A stretch of 63,198 nucleotides of DNA, filler included, from Licmophora abbreviata (lineage: Eukaryota), in the NCBI GenBank assembly GCA_900291995.1. It is 6 parts of 6 records of this genome, joined end to end, with 100 filler letters (N's around TTAATTAATTAA, not from the genome) between each part and the next. Parts side by side here need not be neighbours in the genome. Positions count along the whole stretch, not along the records: positions 22,214 to 26,034 come from OLMU01003302.1; positions 26,135 to 36,068 come from OLMU01003304.1; positions 36,169 to 51,279 come from OLMU01003305.1; 3 more parts are not named here. The stretch is one strand, 5' to 3'. Position numbers and translations under genes: made by a program. The notes below the pieces were generated by a model. That model was not told where the DNA came from, made no database searches, and worked only from the letters and a program-made list of their open reading frames with translations. This document shows positions 24,135 to 36,800 of this stretch, in pieces. Positions within the stretch are counted from its first letter, which is position 1; each line of letters opens with the position of its first letter.

Positions 24135-25714
24135 CTAGAGATATCTCTCAAGCCGAGCTTCTTGTATCTTGCGCTGCGACTCGCTCAGTTTCCTAACCGG
24201 ATCGCTGGGCTTCAAGACAAGCCGACTGCCGACAAAAGTTTGATTCGAACGGATGCGCTCCTCGATCTGATTGCTGCTGTCAACGTTGGCCGCTTCGTTT
24301 AGATCCAAGTTATCGTGGCCGCTGGTCTCGCTGTTCCTTTCTTCCTCTGCATGTGTCGACTCCCCTGGCTCAACTCTGTTCGAACCACTACTCATGCTAT
24401 CACCAGTTCCATCACTGCCATTTCCCGACGCTTCCTCGTCGACTTGAACTTTTCTGTAAAGTTGTTCCCGATCATTCCATCGCCTCGCCATGTGCTCACT
24501 CTCACACTCTAGTTCCGCCAGAGCGTCCTGAGTCTCGAATCGATCGATTCTCTTCTGCTTTGCTTCGTTGGCAAGAGTCAGTCGCTCGATTTCGGCGAGA
24601 AGTCTTTTTCTTTCTGCTGCGTCTTCTCTTCGAGATCATTGCGTTCTCTTATCACCTGCTCCAACTCTTCCTTCAGCGCCCCAACAGCAACAATCGTTTC
24701 AACCTGGGACGCTCCCAGCATCTCGTCGGTACCACTCTCACCGCTGCCATGACTACTACTAATACTGGTACTACTTGCTGCCGCGCTGGTCCTCAGCTCG
24801 TCCATCATATCTTCCAAATGCCAGATTCGCGTCTGCTTCATTTCCAGTTTTGACAGCAACGCTTGTTCCGATAGAATTTTCTCGTGCTCCAACGTGTCGA
24901 TGCGATTCAAGTGTTCGACTTCCATGCTGACACGCTCTTCGCTTACTTGAATCAGCTCTTCCTGCATACTCTTGGCGTACTCTTTATGCATTTCTTTGAG
25001 ATCTTGAGTATGATTCGTAAGGACTCGTAAACGATGCATGGCCTTGCTTAGTTTCGATTCAAGCCGATGAATGTACTCTTGCTGATGCGGAAGCCATGAC
25101 AAAGGAATGTCGTCCGGTGCCGCTTCCTTGATAACCTTGTCGAGAGCTTCTGACAGAGAGTCATCGTTAAGGTCCTGTATCATACTTTTCATGTGCTGTT
25201 GTTGTAGTGTCAACTCTTTGTTCGCGGCATCGAGCGCAACCTGCTTCGCCTGAAGTTCCTTCTTCTGAGTACGTTTATGTTCTGTGAGTTCTATCTTCAG
25301 AGATTTTAAGGATTCCTGCGTCATGACCCCCGTTCGTTCCAAGGCAGCGATGGTTTCATCCTTTGGATCGTATGCAGCGGTTTTTGATCCGCGACGTCGA
25401 GCAAACGGCAGCCGCGATGTTGTGGAGGTTGTCGTAGCGGGAGCGTTCGAAGGACTCGAGTCGTCCGAGTAGCTGGTTGTCAAGACAGACGGGGCAAACC
25501 ATGAGCCCGAGCTTTTTGGGATCTTTTTCTTGCCGTCCAAACAGCTTTGATTAGAAGGGTCAATCATTTTCTGTGAGTGCTGACTGTCGTCGGCAATCGG
25601 GCCGGTGCTTGTTAGGATCGTATCCGCCTGCTTTTTCGCCTCGCCTCCCCCAGCCTGAGCCTGTCCGTCGCGGATACTATTCGTCACCGTTTCCAGACTG
25701 TTCCGTCGCCACAT
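24135..25714 (-). CDS. Coiled-coil protein; apparent 1-nt frameshift at an A run (about 24605-24609)
   Basis: Heptad-rich E/K/Q/L ORF 25714-24578. Adding one A continues it as RLLAEIERLTLANEAKQKRID.. into ORF 24491-24135. Confidence 0.7.
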
Positions 25715-26034
25715 GAGAGTACAACTGTTGTTATAGACTCAAGAAGAGGTGAGGGGTCAATGATTGCGGCACTATTGGCACAATATAGTAAGCGAGGCGC
25801 CGCCGTCTCGGGTTGCGTGAACTCGACTCGCTGATTTTGAGATCCAACAAAAACACAACGTTTGGTGCGTTGAAGTTGACAATTAGAATCACGAATTGAT
25901 TCAAAGGGTATTAGTGACTGTATATAGCTTTTGTGCGTGATTCACTCACGAATCAAATGAAGATTTTGTACCAGGGTATCGACGGACGGACGTCGCTAGT
26001 CTTCTTTCGCGCTCTCCTCCTTCCGAGCACCGGC

Positions 26035-26134
26035 NNNNNNNNNNNNNNNNNNNNNNNNNNNNNNNNNNNNNNNNNNNNTTAATTAATTAANNNNNNNNNN
26101 NNNNNNNNNNNNNNNNNNNNNNNNNNNNNNNNNN
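26035..26134. other. Assembly gap linker
   Basis: N44-TTAATTAATTAA-N44. Confidence 0.98.
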
Positions 26135-27247
26135 CTTCGGCGCTGTAGGCGGACACATGGTAGTCAGAGGCGCGGTGGGCGGGATCGACAATGCAGGCGA
26201 AGCTGGCGTTCTGACGTCAGGGTAGTAGTCCGCGGGGGAGACGGTGGAGGTGAAAGGCGCGGCCGCCATTCTGTTTGGTACTGGTGCTGGTAGGTGATAA
26301 TGAGATTTCATTTCACCCATAAGTTCCTCCGAGACGACCTGCTTGATAAAGTTCTTGGCAGCCAGATGCTGCTGGAAACTTCGTTCCTCGGAGACGACTT
26401 GTTTGATGAAGTCCTTGGTGGATTGCTGCTCTTGAAGTTTTCGTTTCAGCATAAGATTCTCCTCCAAGACGGCCTTGAGAAGGGAAGGCTTGGCGAAGGC
26501 AGCGACTGTGGAAGACAGCGACGCAGGACTCTTGGACCGCGACAGGATGGAGCTAGCGTGTGAAGCGTGGCGGGCCAGCGTCGGGTTGGCAGGAGCGTAG
26601 GTGCATGGAGGATCGTCCCAGCTCACGACGCGTCGAGTCGGTTCGGTCGCACCTCCGGTACCGGTCAACTTATCATCGCCCAGGACAAACGGATGCTTCT
26701 CCTGCGCCTTCGACAGAATTGAAATGTCGAGATTCTTCTTCTTGGCGGGCTCATTCTTCTTGGCGGTAACAATTCTCGGCTTTCGTTTGCCGGCAAAGCG
26801 TCGGACATCCCGAAGTGCATGGCTCACCTTCTCCCGAGCCTTGATGGTGTCAACAGCATAGAAATACTCTGCCGTCGGGTGCTTCTTGATGAATCGACCT
26901 CCGCCTTCGTGGATCTTGTTGACGATAGAGATGGTCAAATGAGTGCGATCCGCTCGCCTCGCCGACTTGGAGTATCTATCCGCGTGCATGGTGATTAGAG
27001 CTCGAAAGTGATGGTTTCCAGAGTGCGTGTAAGACGTACTGTCCTTGCCACAGATGACGTCGAGAGGACCGGGTTCCAGGATTGAGTTGGCCGGGGGGCG
27101 CGGCGGCGGAGGCGCCATGCTAGTCACGCCAGCCCGAAGGCCGCCACTACCGGTAGACTCCGTGTATCTGGTCAGGTCTTGCGGCCCGGCGTCTTGGGCC
27201 GCCAAAGGTCGCGCCACAAGATCGACAAGCGTCTCGTTTTTAGTCAT
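26135..27247 (-). CDS. DUF6824-domain protein (3' end lost in gap)
   Basis: DVICGKD..HSGNHHFRALI..IVNKIHEGGGRFIK..AREKVSHALRD; Pro/Ser-rich tail. Confidence 0.85.
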
Positions 27248-27816
27248 CGGCTAGCAGAGGGGAAGGAGAGACTGGAAGAGGTGAAGCGTGGGCATAGACA
27301 GAAAGTCCAAATGGGGAAAGGGCGATTCGCGTTATCCGAGCGTTGTGCGTTACAGTGGTGATCGTTCTGTTTGTTGGTGAATGAGTGAAGTGGTTCACGT
27401 GCCCACACAATGACACCAATGGAGTCTCACGTACAAACTGTACCGGCGGTCACGAAGGATTCTTCTCCGGCCTCTCGATTTCGTGTTCACGGTTCAAGTC
27501 CGTCCGTGTTTACACTCCTGCCAGTCACGAATGCCGCGTGCCGGAACACACACGCGTGATGCCGGGGTACAATACTATGCGGTTTCTGGACCTCGCGACA
27601 ACCATGGCAAGGCACCATCACTGTAATCATACGGCACTCACAGTCCACTATGGCAAAGAGAAACTTAGAGAAGGTGAAACGTAGCGCTCCAGTTCATCAA
27701 TAGTAGCATCGTAACGTGTAGTATGAAGTGACGTTATTAATTAATCTCCCCCCACGCATAATATGTTCGAGCTCTTCTACACTAGCTCACTCGATTGGTC
27801 GACAGAAACAACTTTT

Positions 27817-28779
27817 TCAAACCTGGTACCGTTGACCAGTAGCAGCATTCGATGGGTAGTGGGCGTCAACAGAGAATCCATAGGTGCGGTCGCCATTGGG
27901 CAGTCCACGCGGCGAATGTGCCATGTGCGGCGGACCTTGGTTCATGGGCGTCGGGAGAGGGGGGGGCATAGTTGGGTGGGCACCCGTGAATGAAGAGAAG
28001 GCGGCGGCAGGCGCCGTGGGCGCCAAGTAAGCGCTATCTGCTTGACTCGAGAGGTGATGATTCTCGAGAGACGGTAGAGGTGCCGACATACCGCCATTCT
28101 GGTCCGTGGTGGGAAAAGAAGCTCCGTTCGGTTCCATCTTTTGTTCCACATTCACTGACCGCTGGGACGACAACTGGCGAGTTGTCTCGTCATAACCTTC
28201 CTTTTTATTGGAAACCTTCTTTTGCTCAGGAATATACGAAGTTAGAAACTTCATCCAACCGTGCGCCTCGAGGTACTCTCTCGCCTCGGCATTGCGAAGA
28301 TGACGCTTGGCTTCCGTAAACACTTTGCCAGCCGCTGTGGCTTTGGACCTCTTGCTCTTCTTTTCCTTGGAGATACCAGCAAAACGAAGAGCTTGACGCA
28401 CCTTCTCGCGTGACATACGCTCGTTAATCTCATAATACCGCCCTGAGTCCTCGTCTTTCTTGATGAAGCGGCCGCCACTGTTCCTCACGATGTCGGTAAT
28501 ACGGCGGACCAAAGTCACACGCTCTGCCTGTGTGTCGCAAAAGACGTAACGCGATGCGTTCTCCAAGATAATCTCTCGGAAGCGCTTGTTTCCTTCGTGT
28601 TCGAACGTTGCTTTGTCTTTTCCACACAGCACGTCGTCGGAGTTTGCATCGATATATGCCAGTGTGCTGGGAGCAAATCGAACAAATGGCATCGATTTCG
28701 TCGGGTCAGCCCGCTGCTCCTCAAACAAACGCATGTCAAGATCACCCTGTGGGTGAGTGTTCACGTCTCCAGCGATCAT
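27817..28779 (-). CDS. DUF6824-domain protein
   Basis: DVLCGKD..HEGNKRFREII..IVRNSGGRFIK..SREKVRQALR; start M at 28779 is tentative. Confidence 0.85.
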   Translation of the reverse strand: MIAGDVNTHPQGDLDMRLFEEQRADPTKSMPFVRFAPSTLAYIDANSDDVLCGKDKATFEHEGNKRFREIILENASRYVFCDTQAERVTLVRRITDIVRNSGGRFIKKDEDSGRYYEINERMSREKVRQALRFAGISKEKKSKRSKATAAGKVFTEAKRHLRNAEAREYLEAHGWMKFLTSYIPEQKKVSNKKEGYDETTRQLSSQRSVNVEQKMEPNGASFPTTDQNGGMSAPLPSLENHHLSSQADSAYLAPTAPAAAFSSFTGAHPTMPPPLPTPMNQGPPHMAHSPRGLPNGDRTYGFSVDAHYPSNAATGQRYQV

Positions 28780-29758
28780 GATGCCAAAAGTACAAGAAAT
28801 GAAAGTGCCGCCGCAACCCAGAACCAACGTCGTGGGGAAAGTGTGAGCGCAGTGCTCGAGTGGCGATTGATGTGCGCGGGGTTTGTCCGTGACAGGGGGC
28901 TAGGAGTGGCTGTACACAAAGTCTCGAGCGTCCGAAACGACAGATTGGAGTACTATGCCTTGAATTCATGATAAACTACATGTACGAATACTTAATACCA
29001 TTAAATTGTTAATTTGGACACGAGGAGTTATCAATCGTCACGCTTACAGTCACGCTTGGACGAATATGTCGTGATTGCAAACGAAGTCTAGTATTCCTCT
29101 GGTGATTTGTACACTTTGTACAATTCTGGTGTGCAGTGTCGTTAAATGACAGACTGTCAATATGTCACAATGTGCCAGAGTCCATAGTAGAGTGTATTCT
29201 TCACGGTGTACCAGGTACTCGTGCAGGTTCCGGTACCGGTATGTACCAGGTACCTCAGAAGAGGTAAGCCTATCTACGACAGCGGCCGACGATGCTGTCA
29301 ATGTGTCAATATTGACAGGTAATTTACCGAGAGCTTGGTCTATCCTCCTTGGAAAACAAGCGAAAAGGTCTACGTTCAACGTGCAGTGCATAGCTGTGTA
29401 AATACAATTTGAAGATTGCGACCTCTTCGTATTGACAATGGCCTAAATAATATGTATACGTGCATTACATCAACATCCCCAGGGCTTCACTGAATGAATA
29501 AAAAGCACCGTCTCGCTAACATCCAGCTAGTCTAGCTACTCTTCTTGGTGGTTGTTGGTTGCGTGCTCTTTCTGGTCATCTTTGGTGACAAAACTACTGT
29601 CCGAGCTCGTGGAACCGCTCCGAGTGCTGCCATCGCCTTTTTCGTGGTTCATTTCCACTTGGCGCTGGTTGACCTTGACGGCATTGACGGTGGTAGGAAA
29701 CTGCCTAGCAGTATGTGGCGCGTCACTCGATTGACTGAGAAGCTTAAGATGGCGATCA

Positions 29759-31018
29759 TCAGTCAAAGTATTGCTGGTCCCTCGAAGCCACTACGTTAGA
29801 GGCGTCACGAACAACGTCGGATGTGAGAGTGAAAACGTTGACAGAAGGACGATTGTGTTCAAGAGACGTACTTCGTTGGAGAGTGCCTCGCTCCATTGGC
29901 TGGAAACGCTCCCACGACGATGATATCCCGCTAGCGTAGCTCGGAGTTTCGTTCAACCTTGACATTAGCCTTGCGCGCATCATGGCGTCGTTTGATGGGA
30001 GGCTCGGGAGGGACGGCGGAGGATTCGCTGGCAAAGGGCTTTGCGTGATCGACTGTTGTAGCCGCTCCAGTTCCCTGAGGCGAGTTAGCTCTTCGAAGGA
30101 CGAAAGTCTGGCTGCCTCGGAGGCCAACAGAGAATGATCCCTCAGAAGCCTTCGCCTTCTCAGAAGAATTTCGTCAGTCGACGACAGAATCGGATCCATA
30201 TCCCCCAGAAGGGGCCTCTGTCGTGCGTCGTCCATGAAGCGTCCAGTATGATGCCTTTCAGGCGACACCAGCGAAGGAGGTAGCTGGGGGCGCTGAAGCA
30301 TCTCAAGTGAGCGCAGCTTCTCGGCCTGAAGCTCCAGCATGATTCGACGGTCAACATCTTCTCTGGACGCTTGGATCGAGCTCATCGAATCACTTGGAAG
30401 TCGTAGTCCGTCTACGCTGATCCCTCGCGGATTTCGAAACGAATCGGCTGGGCGTCGATCGCCACCATAGACACCAGCCCTGCTCACAATACTTTCAGCG
30501 AGTGCCCAGTTTGTGTCCCCCTGCGTACTCGGAGGTTGAGCCAGTCCCTTCTCGGAGTCGCGTGGGAAATCTGGCGAGTTGTTCAGCATCCGCTGATGAG
30601 CATCGCTCGAAGGCCGGAGGTCGGTGATGCCTGTTGAGCTTGCATCCTTCTTCGTCGAAAGAAAGCGAAGGGCGTGTCGGGTCTTCTCTCTGGCTTCCCC
30701 GTCACCAATGTCGTAGTATTGGTTGGTGTCTTTGTCGTGTCTGATGAAGCGTCCTCCAGCTTCACGGACGCAAAAAACGATGGAACGAACCAAGCATATT
30801 CGCTCGAGTTTAGACTTTGAATTCGCATACTTGTCGGAGTTCAGCAAGATGATTTGGCGAAAAAGCCGGTTTCCTGGATAGGTGGAGGCTCGAAGCCCCT
30901 TCTGTCCACAGATCACATCCCTTGGCTCTGGACTGACGAAGACACGTCCGTCCTGTTCTAAACTGCTATGGGGAGCCGCAAAAGCGACTGCCTCCTGGCC
31001 TCTGTTGGCACCGCTCAT
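29759..31018 (-). CDS. DUF6824-domain protein (may extend to 29536 through a frameshift)
   Basis: DVICGQK..YPGNRLFRQII..IVFCVREAGGRFIR..AREKTRHALR. Confidence 0.85.
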   Translation of the reverse strand: MSGANRGQEAVAFAAPHSSLEQDGRVFVSPEPRDVICGQKGLRASTYPGNRLFRQIILLNSDKYANSKSKLERICLVRSIVFCVREAGGRFIRHDKDTNQYYDIGDGEAREKTRHALRFLSTKKDASSTGITDLRPSSDAHQRMLNNSPDFPRDSEKGLAQPPSTQGDTNWALAESIVSRAGVYGGDRRPADSFRNPRGISVDGLRLPSDSMSSIQASREDVDRRIMLELQAEKLRSLEMLQRPQLPPSLVSPERHHTGRFMDDARQRPLLGDMDPILSSTDEILLRRRRLLRDHSLLASEAARLSSFEELTRLRELERLQQSITQSPLPANPPPSLPSLPSNDAMMRARLMSRLNETPSYASGISSSWERFQPMERGTLQRSTSLEHNRPSVNVFTLTSDVVRDASNVVASRDQQYFD

Positions 31019-32030
31019 CTTGTCGTTCGGGTGTTAGAACGGAAACACAACAGAAATCCAGACAAAACCATTGAGGTAGGTATGAAAATTGTGAGTAGAC
31101 GTAGCGAGGACTGCATGGTAGACGTGAAGTCTCCCGATCGATTCACGAGAGAGAGGGTGACCGAGTGATTGCGTGATCTCGATGACAAAAAATTGAAACA
31201 CGTCGAGTATCAATCAGTCCCAGAACATTTGCTTACATCTCGCCCGGGAACAGAGTCTACGAGGACTCTGGTATCAAACGTACCAGTGACGTGGAACCTC
31301 CGAGCTCCGAGCCCAATTTGTCCAGGGCGAATGAAAAGAGCTCGATTTGCAGTCGCTAGCGTGAGTGAGTTGACAAATACCAGTCGAGTGAGTCGAGTCG
31401 TCACCGTGTGTACTCCGGTAGTGTACAACACGTCCGAGTTCAATTGGACACTTTTGCGCGTGAAGGTGTGAAGTTGTCTAACACTAGCAACTCGTGACAC
31501 GGAGTGCGTGAGTGATTTCAGATGGCATGACATGGGCGCACTCAGTCACATGTACCTCTCGCGTGAGCAGTTCGTGAAAATGTAAGATACCGTCGAATCC
31601 AGCTCGGGCTGAACAGCCATTGCCATCGAACTAGTTGAGGAATCTGTCCACGTTATTGAATCCTCGTGTTTTCCGCTACCTCTTCTCTCGGGATGTTACT
31701 TAGCTAGTAGGCTTGGTTATCCATCCTAGCTAGCTAGTTATTGTTCCATAGAAATGCGATTCCAGTTATAGCATGATTTCGAGTACAAGCAAAGCATAGC
31801 TACATCTATACTTTGCCATCTCAACCTCCGTTGCTTAACAGCCCAGTTCGTGCCCTAAAATTGTCTAGCGTTGACCAATCGACAGACGCTACAGTTTGGC
31901 AAACTTAAATTTCACATTTTAAATATCATTCGAAGTACATCACTGCCACACGTATAAGCCTAACCACGAAAACCATGTACTGCTTGTTGAATTGCGGAAC
32001 ATCAATGTAGGCGAGCGGAGACCCAAAAAA

Positions 32031-33221
32031 TTATTCGGCAATCAGATTTTCAAGGACATCAACAGAGTGTAGCAACGTTTGAGGGTGATCATTTCCCAGG
32101 TGAGCAGGCCAAGGCTCAAGGTCGGTCTCGTTGGCAGGAACGACGTCCGGCGGAGGCACCAGCGAAGACTCCAGGGTTCCTTCCAAATATGCTCCGGCTC
32201 CGACTTGAGGCACTTCAAGCGGCAAGGGATTTAGCGGGAGTGGTGTGTACATATCAACAAAAGGAGACGGGTTCAAATCCATTGGTGGAATGAACGCCCC
32301 CATTGAAGACATTTGTGGCAGATGGACGGGTAGAGCTTGCGAGACGCCATGAAACGTCCCGTGTCCGATCGCGTGGTCCCATGTGGGCGGGTAACGCCCA
32401 AACGCACGTCCCCTGTTCTGGGCAGGACGAAAGTTTGAAGATTCCACTTCGGTATGTGCCTTGTTCATTCGAGTTTCTAAGTTGAAAGGGTTCGATGAAT
32501 TAACTGGCGGCTGAACCAGTGGGTGAGTAGGTGCGCAGTCGGTATGTTCAGTAGTCGGTGGCGTTGATCGAGTAGGTGTGATCATCGGTACCGTCGACAT
32601 CTGGAACTGGAACGATGTTCCAATCTGAGTTTCATTTTCCGCATTCCACCCCTTGCTTTTTATCTCCCCTGGCTTCGATTCCGACGCGATGCGTTCGCTG
32701 TCAGGAACCGCCGTGCGAAGGGGCAAGGTATCGATCCTTGAAGCCTCTTCGACGGTCCGGTAGACCTGCTCGAGTCTCCTGTCCATGCCTTCCTGTGTGA
32801 GTCCGTTGCTCTTGTCCTTGGAAAGCTGCTTGAGTGTATCCTTGGAAGTGGGAGGCTTATCGTCATTCTTGAATTTGGAGACTCTGGCACACGTGTCGCG
32901 TAGAGCATGAGCCACCTTGTCCCGAGCGTGTTCCGTGCAGATTTCGTAATACATCGCAGTCTGCGAATCCTTCTTTACGAATCGAGCTCCCTTTTCATGG
33001 ATCATAGAGACAATCGCACCGACCATGAAGGATCTTTCGCGTTTCGTTTTCGTTTCGACGTAACTCGACGCGTTCATCGAAATGATGTATCGAAATCTCC
33101 TGTTGCCGAGATGGGAGAACGTACTCCGATCCTTTCCACACAGAATATCATTAGGATTCGGCACAACAAACGTGTACTTGCCATAGTCCTTTCCTCGGTA
33201 GCGCTGCGTTCTGTCGGTCAT
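32031..33221 (-). CDS. DUF6824-domain protein
   Basis: DILCGKD..HLGNRRFRYII..IVSMIHEKGARFVK..ARDKVAHALRD; M at 33221. Confidence 0.85.
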   Translation of the reverse strand: MTDRTQRYRGKDYGKYTFVVPNPNDILCGKDRSTFSHLGNRRFRYIISMNASSYVETKTKRERSFMVGAIVSMIHEKGARFVKKDSQTAMYYEICTEHARDKVAHALRDTCARVSKFKNDDKPPTSKDTLKQLSKDKSNGLTQEGMDRRLEQVYRTVEEASRIDTLPLRTAVPDSERIASESKPGEIKSKGWNAENETQIGTSFQFQMSTVPMITPTRSTPPTTEHTDCAPTHPLVQPPVNSSNPFNLETRMNKAHTEVESSNFRPAQNRGRAFGRYPPTWDHAIGHGTFHGVSQALPVHLPQMSSMGAFIPPMDLNPSPFVDMYTPLPLNPLPLEVPQVGAGAYLEGTLESSLVPPPDVVPANETDLEPWPAHLGNDHPQTLLHSVDVLENLIAE

Positions 33222-33863
33222 GGTGGCCAACTCTTCTCCTGCTGCTGCTGCTCTCAACAACAGTGAGAGAATGGGACGCCACCTGAAAATTTTGGTGCAA
33301 GAAATAGGATCCGTGATTGCTACATTAGGGAGATCACCTTTGCTCGACCATTCTCAAAACGTCAATAAGCCTACCAGCCAAGCCAACGGGAAACACTTTC
33401 CGTTGATTTTAGACATGTATATTTGTAAAGGAATACTGAAAAGTTGAGTATCAGAGATTGAGGCTGTAAGGCTTACGTACAGTTCGTATTTATAACGGAT
33501 GTGGCTTATGATCAATGACTATGATGTCCTGGCACTATCGCGAAAATAAGCCCCCAAATTTTGTCAAATTGGTGTGGCTAGCTCGCAATCCTTTTTCTCC
33601 TTGCTTTTTTCTTTTTTGTTTTTAGTGTCGAGTCGAATGAGTCGATTCCCGTCATCACCGCGCGATGAGGTTGAAGGCTCATCAAGGTGCGCCAAGCCAT
33701 TCCGAATTCCACACTGGGTTTGCAGGTGAAGTCGCCAAAACTTCAAAACTTCAAACCTTAGAACTCCACAGGACAAGCGACAATCAGAACAAGGCGATCG
33801 AGATCATCGCCATCGCGACTGACGTCGTCGTATTCCTTGAAACTGCAGTCGTGACCCGTCGAA

Positions 33864-36800
33864 ATGTTTTGGTTGAACAATGAAAAGAAGAGAGAGGAGG
33901 AACAGAAAGCCCGAGAGCTGGAGGAGAATACGGTCCAAATCTTGATGGAAATTGTATCGGCGCGTGACTTGTCTCCTCGCAAGTCGATCGATCCGTACTG
34001 CATCGTTCGCTGTGGCACCACTGAAGTTCATCGAACCAAGACAATATACAACGATCCTGCACCAATTTGGACCGCGCTTACCGGATCGCTGTGCCTCTTG
34101 CGGATTCCGGACGCCATTGGCGATTCGATCTCGGCGGACGAAGGGGTTTCTGTCGTGGTGGAAGTCTGCGAAGGATTTAAATGCATTGGCGTCGTCGCGG
34201 TCCCTTACCCAGAAGTCCTGAAAGCCGAGGGTGTAAGGGAAGAGTATCCACTTCAGATCCGAGCGGTTACAGGCAAACAAGACGACGCCGGTCGACTGGG
34301 AGCGCAGCTTGCATTGCGCTTTCGTCGGGCGACAGCGGAGGATATTGCCTTCTTTCGGAAGCCGAAGGGCATTCGGGCATCACAAGTACGCGCGTCGGAC
34401 GTCAATTTCAAAGTCTCCGAGAGAAAGAGCATGCTCAAGAGCTACCGAAAGGTGGGAAGGGACAGGAAAGTCAGGGTACGTGCTTGCAAAATGTCTCTTT
34501 GTGTTTTATCTGATCAAGGGTCTAACTTTCACCACCGTGACTGTTTCCATGTCGCACGTGACCTGGCAGTTTCGTGTGCAGCCATGCCCCGATCAAAACC
34601 GTGTTGAGCAAACGGAGTGGATGACCAAGGAGGAGATTAATGACGAAGCGCTGAAGCCGACCAAAAAGTGGGTTGAGGTCGGGTCGGGCGAGGTTGGCCG
34701 CATCTATGTCGAAATCATCGGCTGTGATAAGTTGCCAAATCTGGTAAGCGAATGATTTTCTCCTTCGGCGTTTAATGTCAAGTGGCTCATGTGACGGACG
34801 AATCGACGATCTCATTTCTTTGCAGGATATTGGCGTAAATGACAAGACCGACCCCTTTGTCGGAATCGTCTTTGAAGATACTATGGTTCGCACGGACATC
34901 ATTCACGACTCGCTCACACCCAGATGGATGCCTTGGTGCAGTCGAGCATTTGCTTTCAACGTAACGCATCCATCTTCCTTGTTGTTTCTGGGCGTGTTTG
35001 ACTACGATGAGGCACCTCTCGATGATCACGATCCTGTGGGTCGAGTAGTTGTGAACACAGCGAATTTCCAGAGCCATACTTCGTATCTGTTGCACTACGC
35101 TCTCCATGGGGATCCTCACATGCGAGATGTGCGTTCTGAAGTGCAACACGTTATTTTGTGAGCGGTCGATCTTCCTTTTCTAATATGTTGCAAATTCCCT
35201 TCGATCACTGTACAGGATTGTGGCCGAATAATGATTCGACTTCGAGTGGAGTGGAAGAGCGAAAGTGAGGCGCGGAAGATGGCGCTCAACTCAGTGCCAC
35301 CGCGGTTTTTGATCAACTTGGAAAACCAAAAGGCCTTCAACTGTGTGCGCTATGTGTGTCGTGGCAAGGTGGGTCATCAGATTTTGAATCATTCTTCGCT
35401 CTGGTTCTCCTTGTCTTCTTGATTCTTACGGATTCTCTCCCGCTCGTACTCATGTAGGTCAATATGGACAAAGCGACAATGGAGACTTGTAAGCTATACG
35501 CCAACGAGCTCTTGTCGTATGGTCCTGTCGTGTGCTACCTTATTGATGTGATGCTCGGGGTCTTTCTCTGGCGAGGCCGTGCCAAGGTGCCGCTGTTCCG
35601 TTGGACGCTGGACGTTTGGTTTCCGATCCACTCGATTGTTCTGCTCGCCAGTGTTGTCGTCGCGATCGAGATCCCCTTTCTTCTCCCGACAGTATTTCTG
35701 TACGACCTTGCCTGGATCTTTCTAACGATCAATTACCACGGTAGCCGTTATCCTTACCCTTGGAATCGATGCAAGGTAAGATGAATTTTGTAGCCGCTTC
35801 TGGGAATTCGTCGGCAGATCGGGCTAGTCAGGCTCTCACGTCTCATCGTCGTGCTTTTCTCGTTTCTGGTGTAGACATTCAACGAAACCAACACGGTTCT
35901 GCTGCTTGGTCGTAGTGTTCACCCTCCTATCTTCGTTAACCCAACGACCAGTAAAGAAGGTGCGAGAGAGGCGAAGAAGTTGGAAGATCTGGACAAAGTG
36001 AAGGCGGAGAGAGTCGCGGGTTTCCTGATGGAGGCCAAGACTGTCGGGCTAAAAGTGCAGAACGTATANNNNNNNNNNNNNNNNNNNNNNNNNNNNNNNN
36101 NNNNNNNNNNNNTTAATTAATTAANNNNNNNNNNNNNNNNNNNNNNNNNNNNNNNNNNNNNNNNNNNNCCTTTTGCGTTATCTTCCTCCAGTGGTGTGCG
36201 AGTTCCTTCGCAAGTTTCGCAATCTGATGAATTGGAGAGGCTACTATGCACACTCCCTCACCATGTACAGCATTCTCCTTGGTAGTGCATGGCTCTTTCT
36301 TCCGCTACACCTCGTTGTGTTATGGGCTTGTAGACTTATCGCTTGGTCGCTACTCGGGCCGTGGTAAGTTCGAAGGACCGGCGTGTCGTTTCAAAGGCTC
36401 TCGTTGGCTTTCATCCTGTACAACTCTCATGTCGTACCGGCAATTTCTATTGAAGGATGAAACTCGTAGATATATATTGGGTTCACAAGCTCGTGCGCAC
36501 ACGAGAAGAACTTGAGGCAGACCCTACGTATCATGACGAAAGCAATCTTGAGTGGATTCTCACGAGCGAGTCGCTCAAGAAGGCGGGTCACTCGGCGCGT
36601 GTTGCAAGCGAGGATGCTTTGAAGGTATGAACATTGATTCACTAAGAGACGCTCGTGTGATATCACCGTGTCTTACACGGTCGCGTTTGTCGTTCGTACA
36701 GCTCAAGGACATGCGTCAGTACAAGTTTGGCAAGCTTAGCCAGTTGGTACCACCCGTTGACACGTCTCGGTATCCCTGCGTTCCCCTGCCGCAGTCGACG

